The position numbers were made by a program, and so were the translations under genes. Under the pieces are notes generated by a model. That model saw only the letters and a program-made list of their open reading frames with translations. It searched no databases and was not told the origin of the DNA. A stretch of DNA of 64,000 nucleotides, taken from NCBI GenBank assembly GCA_964010795.1, contig CAXGMH010000001.1:8003-72002 (forward strand), written 5' to 3'. Below are positions 27,239 through 37,559 of this stretch, one piece after another (position 1 is the first letter of the stretch; each line of letters begins with the position of its first letter). The DNA is from an uncultured Alphaproteobacteria bacterium (GTDB lineage: Bacteria > Pseudomonadota > Alphaproteobacteria > Micavibrionales > UBA9664).

Positions 27239-29053
27239 TTAAGCCGCTTCGGAAGAGCTCTTCACTTCCTTGGGCAAAGACAGCTTTAGATGCAGGTCTT
27301 TGAGCTGCTCCTCACTAATCATGCTAGGAGCGGCCATCATGTGATCTTCATATTGGCCATTCATAACAAAAGCATAGACTTCGCGCAAATTAGGCTCATT
27401 CGCAAGCAACATCACAATACGGTCAAGACCATATGCAATTCCGCCGTGAGGAGGCGCGCCATAGCGCATTGCGTTGAGCATTCCGCCGAATTTTGCCTCC
27501 AAGACAGAACGGTCATAACCGGCAATCTCAAAGGCCTTTTCCATGATCTCCGGCTTGTGGTTACGGATAGCGCCGGATGCCAGCTCAAAGCCATTACACA
27601 CACAGTCGTATAGATAAGCCTTAACCTTGAGCGGGTCATCACCTTCAAGCGCTTCCAGACCGCCTTGTGGCATAGAGAACGGATTGTGAGAGAATTCAAT
27701 CTTGCCTGTTTTCTCATCCAGCTCATACATCGGGAAATCCACGATCCAGCAGAATTTGAACACACCCGTCTCACGGTTGCCCATTGCATCGCAAATTGCT
27801 TCACGTGCTTTGCCCGCAAATTTTTCGGCATCTTTTTTCTGGTTACAGATAAAGAAAACAGCATCACCGTCATCAATTGAGGCCACCTCGCGCAGTTTGG
27901 CCTGTGCCTCGCTCGGGATAAATTTCGCGATCGGGCCTGTGCCTTCACCATCCTTGAACAAAACATAGCCCAAACCGGGCGCACCCTCGCCTTGAGCCCA
28001 TGCATTTAACTTATCAAAGAACGAGCGTGGCTGTTCGGATACTTGTGGCGCACGGATTGCACGAACCACGCCGCCCTTGGCGATCACGCCTTTAAATGCC
28101 TTAAACTCAACATCGTCACGGGCAAACACTTCTGTAACATCGCAAATCTCAAGCGGGTTACGGAGGTCAGGCTTGTCCGAACCATATTTCAACATAGCAT
28201 CATCATATGTGATATGCGGAAACGGTGTTTGCGTAACATCCATTTTCTCGCCCGTAAAATCGGCAAATTGCTTGAATGTCTCGGCAATCACGGGCTCCAT
28301 CGTGTCAAAAACATCTTGCTGTGTGACAAAGCTCATCTCGACGTCAAGCTGATAAAATTCAGCCAAACGATCCGCACGACCATCTTCATCGCGGAAACAT
28401 GGGGCGATTTGGAAATATCTGTCAAAACCTGACATCATCAACAGTTGTTTGAATTGCTGTGGCGCCTGAGGAAGAGCATAAAACTTACCCGGATGCAGGC
28501 GTGAAGGCACGAGATAATCGCGCGCGCCCTCTGGTGAACTGGCCGTCAGGATCGGTGTCTGAAATTCCTGAAAGCCTTGCTCATGCATACGGGCACGCAA
28601 AGAACGCGTCACACCGTTACGCAAGCCGATCTTGCGCTGCATTCCGTCACGGCGCAAATCAAGATAGCGGTATTTTAAACGGATATCTTCGCCAGCATCA
28701 TCATCAACGGCGACCTGAAAGGGCAAAACATCCGCAGCCGACTGCATCTCGGCCGTTTCAATACGCACCTCAATCTCGCCAGTCGGCAAGCGTGAATTAA
28801 CCGTTTCATCGGTTCTGGCAACCACTTCGCCCGTAATTGTCACAACGGACTCCAAACGCCAATTCTCAACCTGACTCAAAAGCGGAGACCCCTCATCGAC
28901 GATACATTGCGTCAAACCATAATGGTCACGCACATCAACAAACAATACACCACCGTGATCGCGCAATTTATGCACCCAGCCAGACAGCCGAACTGTCTCA
29001 CCAACGTTATCTTTTCTCAGCTCATTACATTTATGGGTGCGAAATTCATGCAT
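27239..29053 (-). CDS. aspS: Aspartate--tRNA ligase
   Basis: It has class II motifs ([23 protein letters not shown]) and an OB-fold N-terminus ([23 protein letters not shown]). The start is at [12 protein letters not shown] (29053). The ORF track extends to 29074. Confidence 0.95.
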   Translation of the reverse strand: MHEFRTHKCNELRKDNVGETVRLSGWVHKLRDHGGVLFVDVRDHYGLTQCIVDEGSPLLSQVENWRLESVVTITGEVVARTDETVNSRLPTGEIEVRIETAEMQSAADVLPFQVAVDDDAGEDIRLKYRYLDLRRDGMQRKIGLRNGVTRSLRARMHEQGFQEFQTPILTASSPEGARDYLVPSRLHPGKFYALPQAPQQFKQLLMMSGFDRYFQIAPCFRDEDGRADRLAEFYQLDVEMSFVTQQDVFDTMEPVIAETFKQFADFTGEKMDVTQTPFPHITYDDAMLKYGSDKPDLRNPLEICDVTEVFARDDVEFKAFKGVIAKGGVVRAIRAPQVSEQPRSFFDKLNAWAQGEGAPGLGYVLFKDGEGTGPIAKFIPSEAQAKLREVASIDDGDAVFFICNQKKDAEKFAGKAREAICDAMGNRETGVFKFCWIVDFPMYELDEKTGKIEFSHNPFSMPQGGLEALEGDDPLKVKAYLYDCVCNGFELASGAIRNHKPEIMEKAFEIAGYDRSVLEAKFGGMLNAMRYGAPPHGGIAYGLDRIVMLLANEPNLREVYAFVMNGQYEDHMMAAPSMISEEQLKDLHLKLSLPKEVKSSSEAA

Positions 29054-29219
29054 CGTATTCAACCTTAGTTCCATCTTTATTGTTATTCAGCCGCGACTAT
29101 CCCAAATCCCGCAGCGTATGTCCAGTCTCAAAAAGTTGACAACCTCAATAAATTTTCATAAAACATATTAGGCTTAAAAAATAATGCACATAACCTTTAA
29201 ACGCCAAGGAGAGCATAAG

Positions 29220-29690
29220 ATGGCTGAACTGGGTATAAGACAGGTCATAACAGAGAAAGAGCTTCGCTCACATTTCCAAGCGGCAAAAGAAAAAGGGCAC
29301 GATTTCATGTGCCTTATCAGATATAGCTCTAACGACCTTCCCGGCATGGTGGACTCATTGCAAACTACGCTGTCCTTCTTATCACAAGATCAGGATTCCA
29401 TTGATGAGATGCTTTCAAAATATGCCGATCTAAATATGTTTCATCTAGGCACTCCCATACCGTTCAGTGTCGATAGCCTCTATAATCTGAAAAAGCCATT
29501 CGATGAAGCCAAAGAAGAAAAGCATTGGCTTGAAGCGTTACCTCAGACCGTACACACACGGATCAAAGCAATGCTGGAATATTACGACTATCAGTCTCGG
29601 GGGCCGATAAATAGACTCTTGTACAGGATCACGAATAACAAACCCAGAGATTGGAGACCACAGGCCAGCGCTCCAACACAGACGCACTAA
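29220..29690 (+). CDS. Hypothetical protein, member 1 of a tandem three-gene paralog family
   Basis: There is an AAGGAGAG RBS before the ATG at 29220. The C-terminus YNLKKPFDEAKEE...RIKAMLEYYDYQSRG...NKPRDWRP parallels member 3. Confidence 0.6.
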   Translation: MAELGIRQVITEKELRSHFQAAKEKGHDFMCLIRYSSNDLPGMVDSLQTTLSFLSQDQDSIDEMLSKYADLNMFHLGTPIPFSVDSLYNLKKPFDEAKEEKHWLEALPQTVHTRIKAMLEYYDYQSRGPINRLLYRITNNKPRDWRPQASAPTQTH

Positions 29691-29719
29691 ATGCTATCAG
29701 AGAGTTTGGAACCAACACT

Positions 29720-30070
29720 ATGAGCGGCTATCACGGCGTATCCGGCATCAGCGAAGATAAACTGACACATGCTTTTGAATACGCCAAGAAGCACCATCAC
29801 GATATCATCCTCGTTTATTGCTTTCTGGCGAATGTAACCGCAAAAACCTTTTCAACAATATATGAGTGCGACTCATTAAACTCTCAAGACCCTGCAAGTA
29901 TCGACAAAGCGTGCAAACAGATAAAGACAAAAAGAGAAACACTTAAGCTCAACTCTGTCTATATTTTCAATCCTGCGACTAAACAATATGAGAGGACCTT
30001 CTATGACATCGTACCCACGCCCTTAAAAGATATAAGCACCCTTCCGCGCAGCGTAAGAGAATATAAGTGA
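29720..30070 (+). CDS. Hypothetical protein, member 2 of the paralog family
   Basis: MSGYHGVSGISEDKLTHAFEYAKKHHHD...LNSQDPASIDKA aligns with member 1 (ITEKELRSHFQAAKEKGHD...LSQDQDSIDEM). The ORF-track start at 29651 is a TTG that overlaps member 1. Confidence 0.55.
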   Translation: MSGYHGVSGISEDKLTHAFEYAKKHHHDIILVYCFLANVTAKTFSTIYECDSLNSQDPASIDKACKQIKTKRETLKLNSVYIFNPATKQYERTFYDIVPTPLKDISTLPRSVREYK

Positions 30071-30137
30071 TAAAATGGTTGACTCTGGTGTCATTTTCAT
30101 AAAACCTTAAGCACCAAAAGCAAAAGGTCATGATTTT

Positions 30138-30497
30138 ATGGTTTTGTATACTTTCATGATCGGTACAGAGGGAACACCTGACTTAAGCCAAGAGACCACC
30201 TCTTTCAATTCTGCCGATATCGCGTCCGTGGATACCGCGCTCACTAATTATTCTGTTTTCAATTTTATGGACAATCCGCGTGGCATGAAAAGCTTTAAGC
30301 CTCTGGCTGTATTCGACCTGAACAAACCATATGATTTCGAAGAGGCAAAAGCCAACATAGATAAGCTTGACAGCATATTACCTGCCTTAGCGATCAAACG
30401 AATACAAAGCATGGAAGATTATTACAGCCTTCAAAGACAATCTTTCTGGAAACGGCTATTTACGACAAACAAGCCATCATGGAGACCTTTTCCCTGA
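30138..30497 (+). CDS. Hypothetical protein, member 3 of the paralog family
   Basis: FDLNKPYDFEEAKANIDKL...RIQSMEDYYSLQRQS...NKPSWRP matches the C-terminus of member 1. Confidence 0.6.
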   Translation: MVLYTFMIGTEGTPDLSQETTSFNSADIASVDTALTNYSVFNFMDNPRGMKSFKPLAVFDLNKPYDFEEAKANIDKLDSILPALAIKRIQSMEDYYSLQRQSFWKRLFTTNKPSWRPFP

Positions 30498-30560
30498 TAA
30501 AACATTGCAGAAAAAACACAAATATTGTTTTGTCTGACGAATTATGCTCTTAAATAACAT

Positions 30561-31715
30561 ATGCTGATCCTCGATCAAAACACGCTCGAAAAATATTGCC
30601 AGTCTATCAAAGCACCTTATATCACAATTGATACAGAGTTCTTGCGGGATAAGACTTACTATCCGAAATTATGCCTTATTCAGGTATCCGGCCCTGGTCT
30701 TGAGCCGGTCGCGATTGACCCTCTCGCAGAAGATATTGATCTTGCTCCGCTTGTTGCCATTCTCGAAGACACATCAATCACCAAGGTTTTTCATTCAGGC
30801 CGCCAAGACCTCGAAATTTTCTATACGGTCATGGACGGCAAATTGCCCAGCCCTATTTTTGATACACAGGTTGCGGCCTCTGTTTTAGGCTACGGAGACC
30901 AAGTCAGCTACGCTGCTCTTGTTAAACAAATCTGTGATGCTGAAATCGATAAAAGCAACCAGTTCACAGATTGGGCGCGTCGCCCTCTATCTCAAAAACA
31001 GCTGTCATACGCGCTATCTGATGTTACATATCTATGCGATGTCTATGAAAAGCTGCTTAAAGACCTCGATAAGACTGGTCGAGGCCGATGGACAGCAGAA
31101 GAAATGAAACGGCTGCAAGATACGGGCGGATTTGATATTGCGCCCGAAGACGCATGGAAACGGATCAAAATCCGCTCCAAGAAAAAGCAAGACCTTGTCA
31201 CTTTGCAAGCACTTGCGGCTTGGCGGGAAGAGATGGCACAGCAAAAAGACATCCCGCGTGGGCGTATCCTCAAAGATGAAATTCTAGCACAACTAGCTAT
31301 GCTCAAGCCGTCATCGGAAAATGACTTGAAATCCGTACGCGGCCTATCCGACGGCTACCGCAAAGGCCGACAAGCAGAAATCATTCTGGATATGGTGGCC
31401 AAAGCCAAACAGAATTGGAAATCCAGCGAGATAGACCTGCCCAAACCTCGTCCCAAACATGACCGTGATATTTCCGCGGCCATGGATATGCTCAAGCTTT
31501 TGCTGAAAATCAAAGCATCAGAAGCCAGTATAGCGCCAAAGATGCTCGCCACAGCCAGCGATTTGGAAGACATAGCTCTTGGCCATGGCGACAATCTCCC
31601 CGTTATGAAAGGCTGGCGAAAAGAAATCTTTGGGCGTGATGCGCTTGCGCTTCTGGACGGTAAAATATGCTTGTCCCTTAAGGGAGAGAAAGTAAAAATT
31701 GAACGATCCAAATAA
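30561..31715 (+). CDS. rnd: Ribonuclease D
   Basis: It has DEDD exonuclease motifs (ITIDTEF, HSGRQDLE, YALSDVTYL) plus HRDC-like regions. Confidence 0.92.
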   Translation: MLILDQNTLEKYCQSIKAPYITIDTEFLRDKTYYPKLCLIQVSGPGLEPVAIDPLAEDIDLAPLVAILEDTSITKVFHSGRQDLEIFYTVMDGKLPSPIFDTQVAASVLGYGDQVSYAALVKQICDAEIDKSNQFTDWARRPLSQKQLSYALSDVTYLCDVYEKLLKDLDKTGRGRWTAEEMKRLQDTGGFDIAPEDAWKRIKIRSKKKQDLVTLQALAAWREEMAQQKDIPRGRILKDEILAQLAMLKPSSENDLKSVRGLSDGYRKGRQAEIILDMVAKAKQNWKSSEIDLPKPRPKHDRDISAAMDMLKLLLKIKASEASIAPKMLATASDLEDIALGHGDNLPVMKGWRKEIFGRDALALLDGKICLSLKGEKVKIERSK

Positions 31716-31814
31716 CGTTGACATAAATTGGTCAGCAATCTATATTCCAGCATACATAACAAATAATAAGAACAGCTTAGAACAAATCAGATAAAATTAA
31801 GATCATTCACATAA

Positions 31815-32702
31815 ATGACATCGTATCACCACCAGCTCGTAGAATTAATTGACCATCTGGAACAAGGTATCCGCAAAGGGGAATTTGCGTTTATTTTTGA
31901 TGTCGATAAAACACTTGCCGAAGACCGTCCGGGCGACCATACATCACACAGCAAAAAAGAAGAGCTTTTTGAGCTTTTATCTTTTCTTCAAAGTGTCACA
32001 GGCGGTGCGGTAGCCATTAACACTGGCCGCCCCAATCTTTACCTCAAGACAATTATACCTCATTTCTCCGGCATCAAGGCAACTGAAAACGGCTCTATCA
32101 TTCGCCGCGGAGATTATGCTATTTTGTTCGAGCAAACCCCGGGCGACCTCGAACAACTTAGAGAGCTTTTAGAAAAAGAGCTTAAAACCTTCCTGCGACG
32201 GAAATTGGGCAGCCGAAAATCCAATGATCTACACCTTGAGCGCTGTTATTTAGAAGAAGGCAAAGAGGCCAGCCTAACAGTTCAATTCACAGATGTCGCA
32301 GATTACAGCAGAGCAAAAGAATTCGGTGACGAATTGTTCGAACATATTCAAAATGCAATGGTCGCCTCTAAGTTTTCTGATCGCTATTACATAAAAAACG
32401 GCACAGTGCCGGGCAATGCCTATATCGAAGTCTTACAAGACAAAATCGATAAAGGAACAACGATGCAACGCATTATGTCGGCGCTGGACTTTAAAGGTAA
32501 AAATCCAGTATTTTTTGGCGATAGCAGTCCCGATGAACCAGCAATGCAGGCCTGCATAGAGATGGGCGGATTTGCCGTAGGCATCACTGAATCCGCACCG
32601 ACAATCGCGGCACACAGGTTAAAAAATTACCAAGATACAATCGCTGTTCTGAAAGGGCTGAAAGCCCGCTTTGACCAACAGCCCCTGAGGCTTAATCTTT
32701 AG
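31815..32702 (+). CDS. HAD-IIB family sugar-phosphate phosphatase (OtsB-like)
   Basis: It has FIFDVDKTLAE (DxD), INTGRP and FFGDSSPDEPAM motifs. The substrate cannot be inferred. Confidence 0.6.
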   Translation: MTSYHHQLVELIDHLEQGIRKGEFAFIFDVDKTLAEDRPGDHTSHSKKEELFELLSFLQSVTGGAVAINTGRPNLYLKTIIPHFSGIKATENGSIIRRGDYAILFEQTPGDLEQLRELLEKELKTFLRRKLGSRKSNDLHLERCYLEEGKEASLTVQFTDVADYSRAKEFGDELFEHIQNAMVASKFSDRYYIKNGTVPGNAYIEVLQDKIDKGTTMQRIMSALDFKGKNPVFFGDSSPDEPAMQACIEMGGFAVGITESAPTIAAHRLKNYQDTIAVLKGLKARFDQQPLRLNL

Positions 32703-33648
32703 CGACCAATCGGCGCAGCCCTTCAAAAGCAGGGTAGTCATGCGTAATAACAAAAGCTGGGATCGCTTTCATATAATCACGGAAATTCCCTTTTGATTCA
32801 AACTCCAAGCGAAATTCGGACGCTTCCAGCGCTGGCAAGATTTGCGGCAAAATACCGCCAGCAAGATACACGCCACCATAGGCATTCACATTCAACACCA
32901 TATTAGATGCCACACGCCCCAAGAATCGGAACATAAGGTGCATAACTTCCTGGCAAATCTCACAATTACCGAACTGTGCTTTCTGGCTTATTTCTTCAGG
33001 AGTCAATGCGGGGCGATCCATCTTATCATCCAAAGCACGTACCGTGTCATAAAGGTTCATCAACCCCTTACCTGAACACACACGTTCAGCAGAGACATGG
33101 CTATATTTATGCGTCTGCATATGCTGAAAAATATCGAACTCGCGCTCTGTCCTCGCCGCCATTGTGGAATGCTGTCCTTCGCCCGCCACTGAGAAGAAAC
33201 GTCCATCCTGCCACAAAAGATACGCCGTCCCCAGACCCGAGCCGGGACCAAGCACGGCGATATTCCGCTCAGGCACCGCTTCACCACCCCCGATTTGACG
33301 CAAATAGCGATCCGTTAAACCGGGTACGGCCAAGGCAACAGCCTCAAAATCATTTACAACAGTCAGCTCTTCAAGATCGAATTCGCCTTTTAGAGCTTCT
33401 TGTGAAAACCCCCATTGATGATTGGTCATCTTGACCTCATCCCCAAGTATTGGCGCTGCGATTGCCAGAGCGACACGCTTTGGACAGGCATCAAGTCCGC
33501 GCTGTTTGATATAGGCGCGCAAGGCCTGTGCAAATGATGGATAAGAACCGCATTTTAAAATAACTTCTTGCGTAATTTTCCCACTCGCATCAACCAGTGC
33601 AAATCGTGCATTCGTTGCACCTATATCAGCAATTAAGCCTTGTACCAT
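32692..33648 (-). CDS. glk: Glucokinase
   Basis: LIADIGATNARFALVD at the N-terminus, with ROK-independent Glk family architecture. 318 aa. Confidence 0.9.
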   Translation of the reverse strand: MVQGLIADIGATNARFALVDASGKITQEVILKCGSYPSFAQALRAYIKQRGLDACPKRVALAIAAPILGDEVKMTNHQWGFSQEALKGEFDLEELTVVNDFEAVALAVPGLTDRYLRQIGGGEAVPERNIAVLGPGSGLGTAYLLWQDGRFFSVAGEGQHSTMAARTEREFDIFQHMQTHKYSHVSAERVCSGKGLMNLYDTVRALDDKMDRPALTPEEISQKAQFGNCEICQEVMHLMFRFLGRVASNMVLNVNAYGGVYLAGGILPQILPALEASEFRLEFESKGNFRDYMKAIPAFVITHDYPAFEGLRRLVAKD

Positions 33649-33676
33649 GGAGTATTTCCTTTATTGTTTATTTATT

Positions 33677-34192
33677 ATGAATACAGCATCGAAGACAATA
33701 CATCTGTTAAGGCACGCTGCAAAGGATTTTTCCCCTCAATCCGACTTCCTTACACCATTAACACGAAAAGGTCAGGAGCAAGCGGCAAAACTTGGCATGA
33801 TGCTAAAAGAAAGCGCAATCAAGCCAGATCTGATTTTATGCTCTCCCAGTTTGAGAACAAGACAAACGCGTGACGAGCTCCTCAAAGCTGCGGAATTTGA
33901 CCATAGCTTTGCGAGTGAAGAAAACTATCATATTTATGAAGGACGCTATTCCGACATTTTTAACCAGATACAAAAACTGCCTCAAAGCGCAAATAGCGTT
34001 TTATTGATCGGACACAACCCGCAAATCCCTCAGCTTATAAGCTTCCTCGCCTCCGACGCATCTGTTCAGTCCCATTTTGGCGGCTATGTGGGCATTGAAC
34101 CATGTACTCTGACCAGCATAGACATCTGTGCTGAGAATTGGCAGGATATTCAACCGAATGAGAACATGGTTATGAGCGTTTTAAAACCCTAA
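33677..34192 (+). CDS. SixA-like histidine phosphatase
   Basis: IHLLRHAAK...PLTRKGQEQA...CSPSLRTRQT...LIGHNP. The ATG at 33677 avoids an overlap with the glk start. Confidence 0.75.
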   Translation: MNTASKTIHLLRHAAKDFSPQSDFLTPLTRKGQEQAAKLGMMLKESAIKPDLILCSPSLRTRQTRDELLKAAEFDHSFASEENYHIYEGRYSDIFNQIQKLPQSANSVLLIGHNPQIPQLISFLASDASVQSHFGGYVGIEPCTLTSIDICAENWQDIQPNENMVMSVLKP

Positions 34193-34894
34193 GTCACTTT
34201 GGTTTTCTCGGTCCATACGGTCCATAACAGACCTGATAAGAGGCACAGTTACACCGCGCTTTTCTTCCAAGGCCTGCTTATCTGCGAGATCGACCAAACG
34301 CCGCGCTGCCTTGAAAGAACGCTCCATCCGCGCCAGAATATAGACAATTACATCATCCCCCACAACGACCTGACGGTCATGGAATAATTTCACCAGCACA
34401 GCCTTAAGAAGCTGGTCATCAGGAGAATATATCGCAACAGAAGGAACCGAGCACAGACGCGACTTTAAATCCGCGACCTCGAAACGCCAGTTCATAGGCG
34501 CATCCAAAGCCGTTAGAAACAGGCTTGCCTGTTCTTCCTTAGCCATATTATAGAGGTGAAATAGCGCTGTCTCGCTTTCACGCTCGCCGATAACCTGGTC
34601 AATGTCTTCGATGATAACCGCCTTATTTCTGGCAATCAAAGAACTGAAATCTCCATCGGCCAAATCACCGGAAGGAATCCGGACTGCATCGCTTCTTTCC
34701 TGCCAGACATACGACAAATGCGTCTTACCACTAGCTGGCTCACCGTATAAAATCATGGCCGGCGCCGGCCATTGAGGCCACGCATCAATCCATGCCACGG
34801 CCTGCTCATTGCTTGGCGCAATAAGAAAGTCTTCGCGGCCATAAGCGGCACGAAGCGGCAAATCCAAAGCGAATTGTTGTGTCTTAGCGTTCAT
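34181..34894 (-). CDS. hdaA: DnaA regulatory inactivator HdaA
   Basis: It has the N-terminal clamp-binding-like QFALDLP and the AAA+ Walker A YGEPASGKTHL, and is 237 aa. Both are typical of alphaproteobacterial HdaA. Confidence 0.88.
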   Translation of the reverse strand: MNAKTQQFALDLPLRAAYGREDFLIAPSNEQAVAWIDAWPQWPAPAMILYGEPASGKTHLSYVWQERSDAVRIPSGDLADGDFSSLIARNKAVIIEDIDQVIGERESETALFHLYNMAKEEQASLFLTALDAPMNWRFEVADLKSRLCSVPSVAIYSPDDQLLKAVLVKLFHDRQVVVGDDVIVYILARMERSFKAARRLVDLADKQALEEKRGVTVPLIRSVMDRMDRENQSDLGF

Positions 34895-34939
34895 AGAATG
34901 TATCTAGCATTATACGACGTGATAAGCGAGACAGAATAA

Positions 34940-35716
34940 TTACCGTCTTGCATATTGCAATGGACGCGCAAGTCTGGCCGTCCTTGCACTCAAGCTTGGC
35001 TCAGCCTCTAAGACCTCAAGCGCTTCTGTGAAGCACTCTATCTCGTCCACACCCTCGGGCGCCCCCATGAATTCATAGGTAAAGCCGTAAATCTGAGCCC
35101 TGCCTGAAAAAGCCTCCAAAGCCGATTCAAAACCCGTAGGGCTATCTTCAAAAACCGTATGCTGCGCGTCATCATCAAGAGAGATTCCCAACTTCTGGCA
35201 CGATAAAAGATACGGCACCGGAGACGGTTTTCTATGCTCCCCCACATCATCCAACGTCACCACCGAATCGAAAAACGCATATCCGGCCTCAACAGAACCA
35301 AACATCTTAACAAAATCAGCTTCTGTATCCTGCTTATCGGAATTGGTGACAAGTGCGACCAGATACCCTCTATCTTTATAGGCCTGCATTAACTCCACAG
35401 CATAGGGGCGGACACTGACGAGATGAGAGAGCAATGGCCACTGCTCCTTGCAAAGACGCTCGAACTCTTCTGGACAAAAAGCATCAATGCGCTCAACGAT
35501 TTCATCTTTCTGCTCTTCGGCAAAATGCTCCCTTAAGATTCCTGCAATGCGAGACTCACTTGATCCCGCACAGATCGGCCACAGATTTAAATCCCAGTAT
35601 TTCTGGTCATTGGGAATACCAAATAACTCTTCGGCAAATTTCTGAATAACACCGCGATTCCTGTCCTCGGACAAAATCAAAGTGCCGTCTTTGTCGAAAT
35701 GGACAACCTTCTTCAT
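34940..35716 (-). CDS. HAD-IA family hydrolase
   Basis: It has HFDKDGTL (DxDGT), VTNS and a C-terminal ED motif. Confidence 0.7.
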   Translation of the reverse strand: MKKVVHFDKDGTLILSEDRNRGVIQKFAEELFGIPNDQKYWDLNLWPICAGSSESRIAGILREHFAEEQKDEIVERIDAFCPEEFERLCKEQWPLLSHLVSVRPYAVELMQAYKDRGYLVALVTNSDKQDTEADFVKMFGSVEAGYAFFDSVVTLDDVGEHRKPSPVPYLLSCQKLGISLDDDAQHTVFEDSPTGFESALEAFSGRAQIYGFTYEFMGAPEGVDEIECFTEALEVLEAEPSLSARTARLARPLQYARR

Positions 35717-35733
35717 GAAACCCCCACCTAAGC

Positions 35734-36216
35734 TTAAGCTCTAACAGCCTTTTGTTTATCTGTCTGCTCAATCAAATTGATCTGCTCCGTGTAAATACCG
35801 ATTTCTATATCATGCCCATAAGTGATATCGGAAATATGCGGGCACAAAATCTCAAACATCATATTCCCCAAAAACTCAATAGGTTTAGTCTCAGGATGCG
35901 GATAATAGACAAACCCCTTATGTTCAACTCCTTTGAAACGGATCAAACACTCACACATAGAAAACGTCTCGGGCGGGAAATCTTCGTGCCAGAACATATT
36001 CTCAACCTTGAAAAAAGGTTTCAATATCTCATATTCAAAGGGGCTGATATCAACATTGATCGTGCCGTTATGAAGGTTATACGCATCCATATCAAAGCCA
36101 AGTCGCTTGAAAAAAGGGCGCTGTGCATTGATTGTTCCCCCCATCTCCTGACAACCACGAGCGCCTGAGGCGATGCCATGCCCTGGAACAACTTTGCCTT
36201 CAATCCATTGAAGCAT
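35734..36216 (-). CDS. Hypothetical protein with weak resemblance to CTP-dependent riboflavin kinase/DUF120
   Basis: GKVVPGHGIASG...FKRLGFDM..YNLHNGTINVDIS resembles the G-x-V-x-x-G-x-G...PGTLNV pattern. The assignment is tentative. Confidence 0.4.
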   Translation of the reverse strand: MLQWIEGKVVPGHGIASGARGCQEMGGTINAQRPFFKRLGFDMDAYNLHNGTINVDISPFEYEILKPFFKVENMFWHEDFPPETFSMCECLIRFKGVEHKGFVYYPHPETKPIEFLGNMMFEILCPHISDITYGHDIEIGIYTEQINLIEQTDKQKAVRA

Positions 36217-36278
36217 ATTTATGACCTTTCATTCATCGAGCTAATTAACATAACAAAGAAACTTCTTATCTGCAAGAT

Positions 36279-37493
36279 TTATTGAAGCGTTAAGACGGGA
36301 CGTCGCGCCAAACCCAGTTCCCGCATAACACCAGCCTGATCTCCAGCAGCCACTTCCGGCCGCTCCAAGCGCAGCCCATGCTGCTCCATCGACAACGCCA
36401 AACGATCAAAACGCCCGCGGAAATCAAGCCTCAGCACAGCTTGTCCGGGTGAAAGCGAGAGCAAATCATACCCGGTCAATGCCTCAACACGGTCAAGTCT
36501 CGCCCGCGCCTCCACAAGCACACTGATATCAGACATAAATAAGCTAACCTCGATTGTTGCATTTTGAGCCGCAGCATCGAGAACGGTTTGCGCCTTCCAG
36601 TCTTTTTGCAAAAATTCGTTGATTTGCTGAACCCCAGCCTCCAAAGCCTCCGCCGTAAGTGACACACGCCCCAGCGCAAAGCTTTTAACCAACAACAAAC
36701 CCGTTTCAGTCTGCCTGTAAAGTTCAGCACTGGCGGGACCCACAGGCACGCCATCCGATGTCCAGTTACTTGGCGCTCCCGGACGTTGGAAACGCAACAA
36801 AGCGACAAGCACATCTTTGACACCATATCGTTGGGCAGCATTGTCAAAACCTTGCGGATCGTAAGCAAAAGGGTCTGAAACAGGAAAGTCTGCAAGATCT
36901 CCGGAATCACCCGCAGGTGTCAGCAAAGGAACAAGCCCGGCTAAATTTTCTTCTTGCGCCTGCCATGCTTGCAACCAGATATTTTGCAAGCCGAGCAGCT
37001 CTACATCGCGAACAAGGCGACCTTGCGCATCTTCTATCGAAAGATAGGGTAATATCAACAAAGCTTGTGCCGAAATATCGCTAAAGCTGAAGCCAAGAGA
37101 GGAAAAGTAATCACGTGCGCGCTCTTCTTCGAAACGGAACAGAAAACGCCCCACATATCGCTGAGAGGACAATTGCTCCTCTAGCACCTCGAAATCTTTA
37201 ATCATCGAAGAGACAACCTGATCGTCGGGCACACTGAATTGCTCAAACTGTTCCGGCGAAAGAAGCCTGCGTCCCAATTTGCTGAAGGCTTGCGCCCGCG
37301 CCTGCACATAGGCTCGATCACGCGCTTGAACGGCATTAGCAGCAGTTACATCCACCGACACACCACTCACCGTAAAAGTAGCGCTGGCTTTAACTTCGGC
37401 AGAGCCCATTACAGACATACAAATAAGGGCTATAAACAGCCAATACTGGCCTGTGATTTTTAATTTTGGCAATATAGCCGTTGCGTCCCTCAT
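36279..37493 (-). CDS. Secreted DUF2066-like protein
   Basis: It has a signal peptide (YWLFIALICMSVMGSAEVKA) and is Ala/Leu-rich. It is divergent from purM, as I recall for DUF2066 genes. The family call comes from memory only. Confidence 0.5.
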   Translation of the reverse strand: MRDATAILPKLKITGQYWLFIALICMSVMGSAEVKASATFTVSGVSVDVTAANAVQARDRAYVQARAQAFSKLGRRLLSPEQFEQFSVPDDQVVSSMIKDFEVLEEQLSSQRYVGRFLFRFEEERARDYFSSLGFSFSDISAQALLILPYLSIEDAQGRLVRDVELLGLQNIWLQAWQAQEENLAGLVPLLTPAGDSGDLADFPVSDPFAYDPQGFDNAAQRYGVKDVLVALLRFQRPGAPSNWTSDGVPVGPASAELYRQTETGLLLVKSFALGRVSLTAEALEAGVQQINEFLQKDWKAQTVLDAAAQNATIEVSLFMSDISVLVEARARLDRVEALTGYDLLSLSPGQAVLRLDFRGRFDRLALSMEQHGLRLERPEVAAGDQAGVMRELGLARRPVLTLQ

Positions 37494-37559
37494 ACTCAGC
37501 CTTTACAGTCAAAATCATTATTTACTGAATTGTTATAACGCCTGAAAGACAACAAGACA

